Source of the DNA: Nitrospirota bacterium
Lineage (GTDB): Bacteria > Nitrospirota > Thermodesulfovibrionia > Thermodesulfovibrionales > JdFR-86
DNA: 64,000 nt
Reading direction: 5' to 3'
Assembly: GCA_963721805.1 (NCBI GenBank)
Contig: CAVRJY010000001.1
Span: 32,001-96,000, forward strand
Part shown: positions 31,086 through 41,679 of the stretch, piece after piece
How positions within the stretch are numbered: position 1 is the stretch's first letter
Layout of the letters: each line of letters opens with the position of its first letter
Position numbers and translations under genes: made by a program
The notes under the pieces: model-generated
What the model was told of the DNA's origin: nothing
Seen by the model: only the letters and a program-made list of their open reading frames with translations
The model's database searches: none

Positions 31086-33388
31086 CTGTCGAGGATCTCC
31101 CTGACCCTTCTGAGGAAGTCCTTCGGCCTGATCGGCTTGCTGATGAAATCGAAGCCCGCGTCCGTCAGCTCGTGTATCTTGTCCGTGCCCATCGAATACC
31201 CGCTCGTAAAGAGGATTTTCGTCCGGGGGCTTGCACCCCTTATGATCTCTCCGGCCTCCCTGCCGCCCTTCCTGGGCATGATGACGTCGAGCACCACAAG
31301 GGCGATCCTGTCGCGGTTCTCCATGAATTTCGAGACCGCGTCCTGCCCGTCCTCGGCCGCAATGACGCTGTAGCCGAAGGACTCCAGGACAGTCTTGGTG
31401 AACTTCCGCATCGAGGCGTCGTCTTCCGCGATGAGTATCGTCTCGGAGCCGCCCTCGGGGGAATGCGTCTCGGCTGAAACAGCCTTTTCCGCTTCAGCGG
31501 CCTCGATGACCGGCAGCCAGATCTTAAACGTGGTGCCCCTGCCCGGTTCGCTGTAGACCTTGATATACCCGTTGTGCTGTTTTATTATGCCGTATGCTAT
31601 AGAGAGCCCCAGCCCCGTGCCCTTCCCGGCCTCCTTGGTCGTGAAGTAGGGGTCGAATATCCTCTCCTGTCGCTCTTTCTCTATGCCGACGCCGGTGTCC
31701 GTCACCGAGATGACCGCATAATCGCCCGGCACGCCATAGCCGGAGGCCTCGATAAACCCGGCGTCCATCGTCCTGAGCTCGGTGCTGATCGTCAGGGTCC
31801 CGCCGCCGGGCATCGCGTCGCGGGCGTTCGTCGCGAGGTTTACGAGCACCTGCTCCATCTGGCCTAGGTCGGCCATCACCATGGCCTGCGAGCCCATGAG
31901 GTCCGTAACGAGGCTGATGTCCTCCCCTATGATCCGCGAGAGCATCTTCGCGATGTTGGCCACCATCTCGTTTATGTCCAGGGGCTTGAATTCCGCATGC
32001 ATCTTCCGGCTGAACAGCAGCAGCCTGTTGGTGAGCCTCGCCGCCCTCTCCCCGGCGGCGAGCACCTCTCTTAGCTGCTCTTGCGCGGTCTGGTCGCCGC
32101 CCAGATGGTCCATCACCATCGAGCCGTAGCCCAGGATCACGTTGAGCATGTTGTTGAAGTCGTGCGCGATGCCGCCCGCCAGCGTGCCGACGGCCTCCAT
32201 CTTCTGGGAGTGGCGGAGCTGGGCCTCGAGCTTTTTGCTCTCTGTGATGTCATTGATGACCTCGATGATGGCCGTCACCTTCCCCGAGGCGTCCTTGAGC
32301 GGAAATGACCTTATCTCCAGATAGACGGGGTTGCCCTTCCCGTCGCGATGGACGTGCAGGGCCGTAAGCGGCTCGGCAGTCTCGAAGACCGCTTCCAGCG
32401 GGCATTTCATCCCCAGCTCTTTGCATGGCTTGTCAATATGGTGGGAACAGATATAGCACGGCCTGCCGAGGAGCTCCTCAAGCGGGGTCCCGGCCTGCTC
32501 GCAAAAAGCGCGGTTCGCGGCGATTATGCGGTAGTCCCGGCCGATAACGATGATCCCCTCCCCGACGCTCTCCAGGATGCTGCGGTTAAACTCCTCGCTC
32601 TTCCTGAGCGCCTCCTGCGTGCGCTTGCGTTCGGTGATATTGTCGAAGACCGCGACGAAATACCCCCTCTTGGGGCTGTATACGGTGATGTCAAACCATA
32701 TGCTCAGCGCTTCGACGTAGATCTCAAACCGCTCCGGTTTGCCTGAGATCGCGACCCTGCCGTAGGTCTCGAACAGCTCGGGGCTCGACTGCCGGATGCC
32801 GGGGATCAGCTCGCAGACGGTCTTGCCGCAGACCTCGTACAGCCCGGTCAGGGTCTCGAACGCGGGGTTTACGTCCAGGTAGACGAAGTCCACAGGCACG
32901 CCTTCTTCGTATACCATCCGGCAGTAAGCGTAACCGTTGAGCATGTTTTCAAACAGCGAGCGGTAATGCTCCCGGCTCTCCCTCAGCTCCTCCTCGGCCC
33001 GCTTGCGCCCGGTGATGTCTCTTACGACCTCGATGCCCGCTATGATATTGCCCTCAGGGTCTTTTAAGGCCGAGGCGGTATTCTCTAGCACGACCGCGCC
33101 GCCTGGGGTGAGCACGGACCGCTCGGAGGTGTGGGTCTCCCCGTCCTCGAAAGATAGCGCTACGGGGCAGCCCTCGCAGATATGCTCGCGGCCTTCATAG
33201 GCCTTGTAGCAGCACTCTCCGACGTGGTTGCCGATAATGTCTATCGCGGCCTGGTTTTGGTAGAGGATCCTGTAATCCCTGCCCTGGATCGTGATGGCGT
33301 CGCCGATAGCGGCAAGGATGGCTGTCAGCCCTGCGTTGTTTAACGCGCTTTTTAAGTCCTCTTCCGCCTTGTTCCGTCTGGAATCCAT
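31082..33388 (-). CDS. PAS hybrid histidine kinase
   Basis: Three PAS domains, AGGIAHDFNNML, GKGTGLGL, REC; RBS GGAGG before ATG 33388. Confidence 0.9.
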   Translation of the reverse strand: MDSRRNKAEEDLKSALNNAGLTAILAAIGDAITIQGRDYRILYQNQAAIDIIGNHVGECCYKAYEGREHICEGCPVALSFEDGETHTSERSVLTPGGAVVLENTASALKDPEGNIIAGIEVVRDITGRKRAEEELRESREHYRSLFENMLNGYAYCRMVYEEGVPVDFVYLDVNPAFETLTGLYEVCGKTVCELIPGIRQSSPELFETYGRVAISGKPERFEIYVEALSIWFDITVYSPKRGYFVAVFDNITERKRTQEALRKSEEFNRSILESVGEGIIVIGRDYRIIAANRAFCEQAGTPLEELLGRPCYICSHHIDKPCKELGMKCPLEAVFETAEPLTALHVHRDGKGNPVYLEIRSFPLKDASGKVTAIIEVINDITESKKLEAQLRHSQKMEAVGTLAGGIAHDFNNMLNVILGYGSMVMDHLGGDQTAQEQLREVLAAGERAARLTNRLLLFSRKMHAEFKPLDINEMVANIAKMLSRIIGEDISLVTDLMGSQAMVMADLGQMEQVLVNLATNARDAMPGGGTLTISTELRTMDAGFIEASGYGVPGDYAVISVTDTGVGIEKERQERIFDPYFTTKEAGKGTGLGLSIAYGIIKQHNGYIKVYSEPGRGTTFKIWLPVIEAAEAEKAVSAETHSPEGGSETILIAEDDASMRKFTKTVLESFGYSVIAAEDGQDAVSKFMENRDRIALVVLDVIMPRKGGREAGEIIRGASPRTKILFTSGYSMGTDKIHELTDAGFDFISKPIRPKDFLRRVREILDR

Positions 33389-33510
33389 CTTCCTCCCCGT
33401 GGTCTGCCCTACCATAATCCTAGGCCGCCCGCATCGCCATGTCAATAATTATCCTGTCAGGGGAGACGGGACGGGTATCCGCCGGCCAAAAACAGTGATA
33501 CAATCTGAGA

Positions 33511-34260
33511 ATGACTCCGGCAGCGCAGAAAAACGGCTCGATCTTCCCGCTGGCATGCCTGCTGACGGCGGTCGCGATGGCGGTGGTGCTGACGGCCTCC
33601 GGCCTCGGCAACAGGTGGGGCTGGTGGGGGTTCCTGATCGGGCTTAAGATACTCACGTTCGCGGCGTTTGCCGAGGCCGCCGTGGCGGTCGTCTCGCTCG
33701 GGGGCTGCTTTATAGGCGCGAGATCGAGCAAGGGGCTGGTCATGCTGATCGCGGCTGTAGTCATCGCGGTCGCGGTCCTGAGCGTCCCGCTTCGGATGGC
33801 ATCGGCCGCAAAACGCCTTCCGTATATCCATGACATCACGACCGACACCGTAAACCCCCCGAGCTTCGACGATGCGATCCGGAAGTTGAGGGCAGGCTCC
33901 CCGAACTCGCTGGACTACGCAGGACCCTCCGTGGCCGAGCAGCAGCTGAAGGCCTACCCCTACGTCAAGCCGCTCCTGCTCGCCCTCCCGCCGGGGCGGG
34001 CTTATGAGGCCGCGCTTGCGGCCGCGCGGGCGCTCAAATGGGATATCGTGGGCACCGACCCATCCCTCGGGATGATCGAGGCCACGGACACTACGTTGTG
34101 GTTCGGGTTCAAGGACGACATCGCGGTCAGGATCACTGCGGCCGACGGGGGCAGCAGGATAGACGTGCGCTCGGTATCCAGGGTCGGCAAGAGCGACATC
34201 GGCAAAAACGCAGAGAGGATCCGGCGCTATCTCAAGGAGCTCCAGGCGCTTGCATCTTAG
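33511..34260 (+). CDS. DUF1499-domain membrane protein
   Basis: IHDITTD, EATDTTLWFGFKDD, DVRSVSRVGKSDIGKNAERI. Confidence 0.85.
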   Translation: MTPAAQKNGSIFPLACLLTAVAMAVVLTASGLGNRWGWWGFLIGLKILTFAAFAEAAVAVVSLGGCFIGARSSKGLVMLIAAVVIAVAVLSVPLRMASAAKRLPYIHDITTDTVNPPSFDDAIRKLRAGSPNSLDYAGPSVAEQQLKAYPYVKPLLLALPPGRAYEAALAAARALKWDIVGTDPSLGMIEATDTTLWFGFKDDIAVRITAADGGSRIDVRSVSRVGKSDIGKNAERIRRYLKELQALAS

Positions 34261-34367
34261 CGAAGCCATTTAACCGCAGCCCCCCTGATCCCAGGGGCCG
34301 GATGGCCCCCTTGCTTTAAAGAAAGGCTGCCCGTGGTGCCGAGAAGGGGGCCGGTTGGCCCCTTGCT

Positions 34368-35150
34368 TTAAGGAGAAGGGGTCTGTGACCCCCATCTGGC
34401 GAGGTTGTGCGCCAGCTTGAGATTGTCCCCTGTGATAAACGCGTTTTGAAATACCGCATCGTCGCCGAATACGAGGTAGCGCCCCTTGCCCATATGCCCC
34501 TCCGCGACCAGCCCGATCGGGCCATGCGGTTCGCCGGCGTCAGGCTTGCCGTTATTGTTTTCGTCCACGAACGCCCCCGCGCTGGTGTTGGCGATGATCA
34601 CGGCGTCCGGCCGCGCCGGGGTAAGCCCCCATACGCCATAGAGCCCGAAGCCGCCTATGCCCTTAAACAGCGGGTGGCCCGCGGCGAGGCTTACCGCGCG
34701 GAAGTTCCGGGCATCGCCGCCGAGCGCGGCCGGGCCGGTCTCGGTGATCGGGGCCCGCGTGGCCTTGACGCCCAGGTGCTCGAGCAGCCCGCTTACGGAG
34801 GGCGCTACGTGCAGCATCACCACGAGCGTGCCCCCTCGGTTTAAAAACGCGTCGACGTTGGCGGTCTCGGCCTCGCTTGGGGTGTTCATCGGCCCCGACA
34901 TCACAAGGACGTCAGGCTCGGCGAGGCGCTCTGCGGTGAGCGCGCCGTACGTGCCCCTGACGGTGTAGCCCTCCGAGACGAAGACCCCGGCCAGGGTCCC
35001 CAGGTCGAGCCTCTCGTTGCGCTCTATGCGGAAGAGCTCCCCGTGGCTCTGGTCGAAGAGCACGACAGGGCGGCGTCCGTCATGCGGGGCGGTGGCGCAG
35101 GCTGCCAGCATGATCAGGGCCGCCATGGCCGCTATCAGTGTCCCTCTCAT
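34368..35150 (-). CDS. Lipoprotein, DUF4350/GATase-like fold
   Basis: Lipobox LAAC; VLFDQSHGE; GKGRYLVFGDD. Confidence 0.6.
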   Translation of the reverse strand: MRGTLIAAMAALIMLAACATAPHDGRRPVVLFDQSHGELFRIERNERLDLGTLAGVFVSEGYTVRGTYGALTAERLAEPDVLVMSGPMNTPSEAETANVDAFLNRGGTLVVMLHVAPSVSGLLEHLGVKATRAPITETGPAALGGDARNFRAVSLAAGHPLFKGIGGFGLYGVWGLTPARPDAVIIANTSAGAFVDENNNGKPDAGEPHGPIGLVAEGHMGKGRYLVFGDDAVFQNAFITGDNLKLAHNLARWGSQTPSP

Positions 35151-35902
35151 TTTCCCTCGCTATCGCCCTTCGTGGCAGGAGCCGTTGTCAGCTTCCCGAT
35201 GTATTTGTTGAGCGGGTTTGACCGCTTCAGAAACGGGATCGGCGGCTGGCGCCTCTTGCCCATCGCGCTGATCTCGGCGATAAGGTCCGGGTTCTCGGGC
35301 TCGTACCGCAGGCCCTTGTTGAAATACGCTGCCGCCTCGCTCCTCTTTCCGGCCGCCAGGTGCGCGCGGCCCAGGTTGAGGTAAAACGTGGGGTAGAGGT
35401 ACTCAAGCCCGAACGGCACCCTGCGCTTGAGTTCGGTGATCGCGCGCTTGCACATCTCTATGCCGGCCGAATGCTTGCGGTCCACCATCGAGAGCATGAC
35501 GCCGTAGTATGAAAGCAGGAACGGGTCGTCGGGGTGCACGGCCATCGCCTCCTTGAGCATCTGGACAGCGGCCGAGGTCCGGCGGGCCCGCAGGTGCGCA
35601 TTGAGCTCAGATATGTACTCGGCCTGGGACATCCCGCCCGTGCCGAGGGCCGCCCTGAAGACCTGCACCGCTACCGCGTCCTGCCTCCGGATGAACTCCT
35701 CGAGCTTCGCGGTCTCGCCGGGGTCGATGTTGCACGCCACGCGGTGCTCCTGCAGGATCTCGCCCTGCCGGTACAGCCTGCTGACGACGACCGAGTGGGC
35801 TGGCTCGTATTCGGTCACGACCATCAGGTCCTGGTCGAGCTTGCTGTTGATGACGCCCCCCATTCCCCTGGACTTTATGTCTATCCTGTCACGCTCTGTC
35901 AT
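35147..35902 (-). CDS. TPR-containing protein
   Basis: YLNLGRAHLAAGKRSEAAAYFNKGLRYEPEN. Confidence 0.7.
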   Translation of the reverse strand: MTERDRIDIKSRGMGGVINSKLDQDLMVVTEYEPAHSVVVSRLYRQGEILQEHRVACNIDPGETAKLEEFIRRQDAVAVQVFRAALGTGGMSQAEYISELNAHLRARRTSAAVQMLKEAMAVHPDDPFLLSYYGVMLSMVDRKHSAGIEMCKRAITELKRRVPFGLEYLYPTFYLNLGRAHLAAGKRSEAAAYFNKGLRYEPENPDLIAEISAMGKRRQPPIPFLKRSNPLNKYIGKLTTAPATKGDSEGK

Positions 35903-35991
35903 GGTTTTGTTATAATTATATATGACTCGGGGGGAAATCATAACTTTTTTAATACGGCCGGCCAGTTTTCCGGCATTTTCATGGGGGTTAG

Positions 35992-37404
35992 ATGCGGCTT
36001 CGTAGCATCCTCGTACTGCTGGCGTTAATCGTCTCGGCCGCCTGCACCCCGCAAGTGAAACCGCCGGCCGTGGCCGGCGCGTTCTACCCGGCAGACCCGG
36101 CGGAACTCCGAAGCACCGTCAAAGATTTCCTCGACCATGCCGGCCCGAGACAGCCCGACGAGGGCAGGATGCTGGCCCTGATCACGCCGCACGCCGGATA
36201 CGCCTACTCCGGGCAGGTCGCCGCCTACGGGTATAAAAACCTGCCGCCGGACATCGACACCGTGGTCCTTATCGGCCCGAGCCACCACGAGGCGTTCACT
36301 GGCGCCTCCGTCTACACCGAGGGCGCGTTTCAGACCCCCCTTGGCGACGTCCCGATAGACGAGACCCTGGCCAGCTCGCTCATAGACCCATACAGCGACG
36401 TGGCATTCCTGCCCGGTGCGTACGCAAAGGAGCACTCCCTCGAGGTCCAGCTCCCGTTTCTGCAAAGCGTGCTCGGCAAGTTCAAGATCGTCCCGGTGCT
36501 CGTCGGCCGCCCGACGCGCAACATGTTCGACCACCTGGCCACCGCGATAGCCCGCATACTCGCCGAAAACCCCAGGGCCATCGCCATCGCAAGCTCCGAC
36601 ATGTCGCACTACCACCCCTATGACAGCGCGCTTAAAAAAGACGCCTTTATGATCGAGTCCATCGAGTCTCTCGCTCCCAACCAGTGCGAACAGACCGCTT
36701 TCTCCGGCAACGGCGAGCTCTGCGGGCTCTATCCCGTAATGATCACGCTTGAGGCCGCACGCCGCATGGGCGCCAACGAGACCGTCAAGTTCATGTACGC
36801 CAACTCCGGCGACACGACCGGGAAACTCGACAGCGTCGTCGGATACCTCTCGATGGGCATCTATAAATCCCCGCTTACCGCGGACGAAAAACAGCAGATC
36901 CTCTCGCTGGCCAGAAGCGCTATAAGCGAGGGCGTGCTCAAGGGCGACGAGCTGGAGTTCCAGACCGCGCTGCCCCGCCTGCGCGCCGACGCGGCCGTCT
37001 TCGTGACGATCAACCGGCAGGGACGCCTCAGGGGATGCATAGGCACCGTATTCCCTACCATGCCGCTCTATAAGTCGATCATCAAAAACTCGATAGCAGC
37101 CGCCCTGCACGACAATCGCTTCAAGCCCATGACCCCGCCTGAGCTCAATGACATGCAGATCGAGGTCTCGATCCTTTCGCCGATGATCCCGGTGAGCAAC
37201 CCCCAGGATATCGTCGTCGGCCGCGACGGCCTCTACATCGTCAAGGACAAGCATAACGGCATCCTCCTGCCACAGGTGCCGGTCGAGTTCGGCTGGAGCC
37301 GCGAGGAGTACCTCCAGCACCTGGCCGAGAAGGCCGGCCTCCCCCCTGACGCCTGGCGCGAACATGCCCAGATCTACCGCTTCGAGGCCGAAGTCCTCCA
37401 GTAG
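35992..37404 (+). CDS. AmmeMemoRadiSam protein B (Memo)-protein A (AMMECR1) fusion with lipoprotein signal
   Basis: PAVAGAFYP, PHAGYAYSG, EHSLEVQLPF, SSDMSHY; then FVTI, LRGCIG, DNRF, LLPQV. Confidence 0.88.
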   Translation: MRLRSILVLLALIVSAACTPQVKPPAVAGAFYPADPAELRSTVKDFLDHAGPRQPDEGRMLALITPHAGYAYSGQVAAYGYKNLPPDIDTVVLIGPSHHEAFTGASVYTEGAFQTPLGDVPIDETLASSLIDPYSDVAFLPGAYAKEHSLEVQLPFLQSVLGKFKIVPVLVGRPTRNMFDHLATAIARILAENPRAIAIASSDMSHYHPYDSALKKDAFMIESIESLAPNQCEQTAFSGNGELCGLYPVMITLEAARRMGANETVKFMYANSGDTTGKLDSVVGYLSMGIYKSPLTADEKQQILSLARSAISEGVLKGDELEFQTALPRLRADAAVFVTINRQGRLRGCIGTVFPTMPLYKSIIKNSIAAALHDNRFKPMTPPELNDMQIEVSILSPMIPVSNPQDIVVGRDGLYIVKDKHNGILLPQVPVEFGWSREEYLQHLAEKAGLPPDAWREHAQIYRFEAEVLQ

Positions 37405-37470
37405 GGGGCAGCGCCCCCTGGCAAATATTCACGGGGAGAATCCCCGCTCACCTATTCGCGCTGCTCACTT
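37403..37470 (-). repeat. S-family repeat left of oriC
   Basis: Reverse complement AAGTGAGCAGCGCGAATAGGTGAGCGGGG...CCCCGTGAATATTTGCCAGGGGGCGCTGCCCCCT. Confidence 0.65.
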
Positions 37471-37499
37471 TGAATCTATATCCAATTCCGTAAGACTTT

Positions 37500-37897
37500 C
37501 CGTAGGACATGTAAGTATAAAAAGATAGTAGCTGTAGTAGGGGGAAGATTTATGTTGGTAACCTTGTAACCACCTGTTATTTATAAAGAGATAGGCTTCC
37601 TGATAATGTTCAGTTAACGGCCGGGTTATCCACAAAATTCCACATATGAGGTTATCAAGGTATTATTGACACTCCTGCTTCGGGGTTTCTTCAGTGGATG
37701 TTAACAGGGCGGAGATCAGCTTGTTTTTATATGAGTGGGGCAGGGGCCCCGCTCATAAGTGAGGGGTGCCATCGGCAACCCGAATATTTGCAGGGGGACG
37801 CTGTCCCCGGACGGTGGTTTTATCGCCGCGAATATTCTATAATACGGCACTTCATCAATCCTGACTTATTAACAATTGTTTATAAGGTGTCAACAAC
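37500..37897. other. oriC: Chromosomal replication origin oriC
   Basis: AT-rich region upstream of dnaA. Perfect DnaA box TTATCCACA at 37626-37634; variants at 37553, 37636, 37866 and 37877. DnaA-trio run TAGTAGCTGTAGTAG at 37526-37540 followed by GGGG. Confidence 0.8.
37757..37808 (+). repeat. S-family repeat right of the oriC core
   Basis: AAGTGAG-GGGTGCCATCGGCAACC-CGAATATTTG-CAGGGGGACGCTGTCCCC. Confidence 0.65.
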
Positions 37898-39231
37898 ATG
37901 AACACCCAAGAGATATGGGACAGCTTTCTCCAAACGGCCCGGACCGAGCTTGGCGACGCGGTATGCGAGCTATGGTTTTCGAGCATGAAGCTCACGGCGC
38001 TCAAAGACGGCAGGGCCACGGTAGAGGTCCCGAACCACTTCTTCAAGGAATGGGTGCAGGACAACCATAGCCAGTTCCTGCCGCGGGTCCTGAGCGAGCT
38101 CACGGGCATTCCGGTTGAGGTCAGGCTCCATATATCTGACAAAGAGGACAAGGACCTCAGGAAGTCGGACGAGAAGATCGAGCGAAGGCAGCAGTCGCTT
38201 GCGAAGAAGGGAATATTCCTCAATCCGAAGTACACGTTTGCGAACTTCGTTCGCGGTGCGAGCAACGAGTTTGCGCGCGGCGCGTCCCTGAAGGCGGCCG
38301 AGGCCCCGGGCCGGGTATATAACCCGCTGTTCATATATGGCGGGGTCGGCCTCGGCAAGACCCACCTGATCACCGCGATCGGCAACAAGATACTCGCCAA
38401 GCACCCCTCCTACAGGGTCCATTACGTCCCGGTCGAGCAGTTCACGAACGAGGTCGTCTCGGCGATACGCCATGCGCGCACCGAGGAGCTGAAGGAGAAG
38501 TACCGGGAGCTCGACGTCCTGCTGATAGACGACGTGCAGATGCTCGAGGGCAAGCAGGCGACCGAGAACGAGCTCTTCCATACCTTCAACGTGCTCTACG
38601 AGAGCCAGAAGCAGATCGTGATCTCGAGCGACCGGCCGCCGGTGGAGATAACGTCCATCACGGACCGCCTGCGCTCGCGCTTCGGGATGGGCCTGGTCGC
38701 TGACATCCAGCCGCCCGGAGATGGAGACGAAGCTCGCGATCATTCAAAGGCGCGTCGAGGCCGACCGCCTGCACCTGCCCGACGAGGTCGCCTATTACAT
38801 CGCCTCGCGGATAAAGAGCAACGTCCGCGACCTCGAGGGCTGCATCATCCGGCTGGGGGCTTATTCGTCGCTGAGCGGCCACGCGATAGATTTACATATC
38901 GCAAAGACCGTGTTAAAGGATATAATCAGGGACGACGACCGGCCGCTCACGGTCGAGGAGGTCGTAAAGGAAGTGGCCGAGTTCTACGGCGTGAAGCTCG
39001 TGGACATCAAGGCCAAGAGGCGGACGCGCGACATAGCGCTGCCGAGGCAGGTCGCGATGTACCTCAGCGCGCGAGCTCACCGGGGCCTCGCTTGGCGAGA
39101 TCGGCAAGGCGCTCGGGGGCAAGGACCACGCCACCGTGATTTACGCCTGCAAGCAGATGGAGAAGAAGCGGACCGAGGACGAATCCTTCGGCCGCATGAT
39201 CGATAAACTCAAGGGGAAGATAGCCCCGTAA
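37898..39231 (+). CDS. dnaA: Chromosomal replication initiator DnaA (apparent frameshifts ~38718 and ~39075)
   Basis: [52 protein letters not shown]. Confidence 0.95.
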
Positions 39232-39261
39232 TGACCGCGCTCAGAGGAGGACTCGGGGGAG

Positions 39262-40360
39262 ATGAAGCTTAAAATCGCAAGGCAGGAGCTGGTCGACCGG
39301 CTCGCCAACATCCAGAACATTGTCGAGAAGCGCAACACGATGCCCATACTGAGCCACTTCCTCCTCGACGTAAAAAAGAAGGGCTCCTCTATCACGGCCA
39401 CTGACATCGAGACCGCTATACGCGAGCCCATAGAGGCCGCAGCGGACCAGGAGGGGCGCCTATGCATCCCGGCGCGGAAGCTCTATGAGATCGTAAAGGA
39501 GATCGACGCGGACCTCGTGCTTCAGTCCGACGACTCGCAGTGGCTGCGCGTCGCGGCCGGCCGGAGCACGTTCAGGCTTGCGTGTCTCGCGCCCAGAGGA
39601 GTTCCCGGCATGGCCGGCGATGGACAAGTCCGTCGATTTCGAGCTCGACGGCGCGGTGCTGCTTCAGATAATAGAAAAGACGCTGTATTCGGCCGGCGAG
39701 AGCGACACGCGCTACACGCTTAACGGCCTGCTGATGCACATAGAGGGCGCGAAGCTCACGGTCGTAGGAACGGACGGCCACCGCATGGCCGTGATCGAAC
39801 GAACGCTGCCCTCCGCGCCCTCGGCCGAGGAGAAGAAGGTCATCGTCCCTAGGAAGACCGCCTCTGAGCTCAGGAAATTCCTCGGCAAGGACGGCAAGGT
39901 CCGCATCGTGCTTGGGAGCAACCATATCATGTTCCAGATAGGCGACGTCGAGTTCCTCGCGCGCATGATCGACGGGACTTACCCCAACTACCTGCAGGTC
40001 ATCCCGGCCGAGACGCCGCGCACGATAGTGGCCAACCGCGAGGCCGTGCTGCGCGCGCTCCGCAGGGTCTCGGTGATGAGCAAGGAGCGCTCCAATGCGG
40101 TGAAGGCCGATATAGAGAGCGGCGTGCTTAGGCTCGCGTCCTCGAACCCGGATTTGGGCGAGGCCAGCGACGAGGTGCCGGTGGAGTACGAGGGCGAGGC
40201 GATGTCGGTAGGCTATAACGCCCGCTACCTGATGGACGTGCTTGGGGCAATGAGTTCCGAGAAAATCACGATAGGGCTCAAAGACCAGCTCAGCCCGTCG
40301 CTGGTGACGGAAGAGGGCGACACGGGGTATCGCTGCGTAGTCATGCCCATGAGAATTTAG
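39262..40360 (+). CDS. dnaN: DNA polymerase III beta clamp (apparent frameshift ~39590)
   Basis: KRNTMPILSH, ATDIE, GTDGHRMA, YPNY, VVMPMRI. Confidence 0.95.
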
Positions 40361-40380
40361 TCACTATTTGCTGTAACCAT

Positions 40381-40411
40381 CGGGGGGCCGCTTGGCCCCC
40401 CTTTCTTTTTT
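40381..40411 (+). terminator. Rho-independent terminator after dnaN
   Basis: GGGGGGCC-GCTT-GGCCCCCC followed by TTTCTTTTTT. Confidence 0.8.
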
Positions 40412-40412
40412 C

Positions 40413-40593
40413 AAAGCGCTCCAAATCGCTTGATACTGCGTTGGGCTTCAAAGACTCGCCCTCTATGTACGTCACAGTACACCATCGGGCGGTCTTCTCG
40501 CCCTGCCTTGTCTGAAGCCGATTTGGCCGCGCTTTCGGGGGTTGGTCGCGGCTCCGCCGCTGGACCCCCGCGCCCCCAAGGTCAAAGGCATTA
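40413..40593 (-). repeat. R element copy (subtype A)
   Basis: Matches the R consensus; central loop variant TGTGAC. Confidence 0.9.
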
Positions 40594-40667
40594 CTGAAAA
40601 ACTTCTTGGAATGCACAGGGCAGTTGCGGTATGATTTGCGCATGACCTTGCGTGGAGAAAGATTATT

Positions 40668-41426
40668 ATGAACGACCCTAACGGAGTATCTGCTCCTATC
40701 ATCCATCGCATAAAGCGACCTCGGGGTTTTACAATCTTGGCTTTCCTTCAAGCATTTTTGGCTGTTGGTGGAATCGGTAACGGTATTTTTCTCGATTCAT
40801 CATATGGTAGCGTCCCCAAACTCTTAGCCCTTGTTTATGGTCTAGCTGCGCTGGCATCTGCGATAGGTCTTTGGACAGTTCGACCTTGGGCATTGCAGTC
40901 CACAATAATTTTGTCCATGGCGACATTAATACGAATATTCAATCTGCAATTTGGAGCGAATGAAAGCCAGAGCATTCCTTTGAGTGTATTTGTTCCATAT
41001 GTATTGGTAGTTGGTTTTTTATTAGTGCTGATGCTTTATTATGTCAAAAAAGAACTTTCGAGAAGCCTAACCAATAGCTTAGTTTCAGAAGGACTTATCC
41101 CTAACCCAAATAGCAAGCAAAGTGTTTCTGTGGTCAGATCAGTTTTATATTCCTGCATATTATTTTTGATCGTCTCGTTTATCAATTTTGTCATAACAAT
41201 AGTTTTCATAAGCAAGGATCTTGTCACAGGTGCCATCTTTAATGCATTATTAAACTTGCTGCCTATTTATCTTCTTGCAAAATATTTTATTGCGCCCTTA
41301 AAGAGCAAGACAATTTATATTGCGTTCTTCATAGGCTCAATCATCGCATCAGTTATTTTAGTGATACCGTATGGTGATTATGTTTGGGATTTTATTTTTG
41401 ATTTACTTAGACACCATTTTAATTAA
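40668..41426 (+). CDS. AT-rich hypothetical multi-pass membrane protein
   Basis: 252-aa ORF with about 7 hydrophobic segments; base composition visibly unlike flanking genes. Confidence 0.65.
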   Translation: MNDPNGVSAPIIHRIKRPRGFTILAFLQAFLAVGGIGNGIFLDSSYGSVPKLLALVYGLAALASAIGLWTVRPWALQSTIILSMATLIRIFNLQFGANESQSIPLSVFVPYVLVVGFLLVLMLYYVKKELSRSLTNSLVSEGLIPNPNSKQSVSVVRSVLYSCILFLIVSFINFVITIVFISKDLVTGAIFNALLNLLPIYLLAKYFIAPLKSKTIYIAFFIGSIIASVILVIPYGDYVWDFIFDLLRHHFN

Positions 41427-41507
41427 TAGTGACGGGACACGATAGTGACCGACGCATAAGAAGTCGCGGCAGCAGCAACGGCCCAAACAGTAACGCTGTT
41501 TACTCCG

Positions 41508-41651
41508 AAATCTTACATTTGGATTCGTCACATGTAAGATTAGCGCCCAAACTTTACATATGAGCTTGTCTTATGTAAGTTTAGACCTCCAATCTTACAT
41601 ATGGGTTCGTCATACGCAGGCCTAGTGTCCAAATCTTATACATGTCAGACC
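41508..41651. repeat. Degenerate 41-bp tandem repeat (~3.5 units) with internal inverted repeat
   Basis: TTACAT/TTATAC at 41513, 41554, 41595 and 41636; AATCTTACAT-N13-ATGTAAGATT in unit 1. Confidence 0.75.
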
Positions 41652-41679
41652 ACGGAGGCCGAGCTGCACCGCTCACTTT

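Noticed and set aside
37898..40360. dnaA and dnaN as pseudogenes or programmed frameshifts
   Set aside because: Both genes are essential and the split parts are otherwise intact with no slippery motifs. The same insertion pattern appears in many unrelated genes.
41508..41651. CRISPR array
   Set aside because: Units are degenerate along their whole length, the variable parts are only 5-13 nt and resemble each other, and no cas genes are present.
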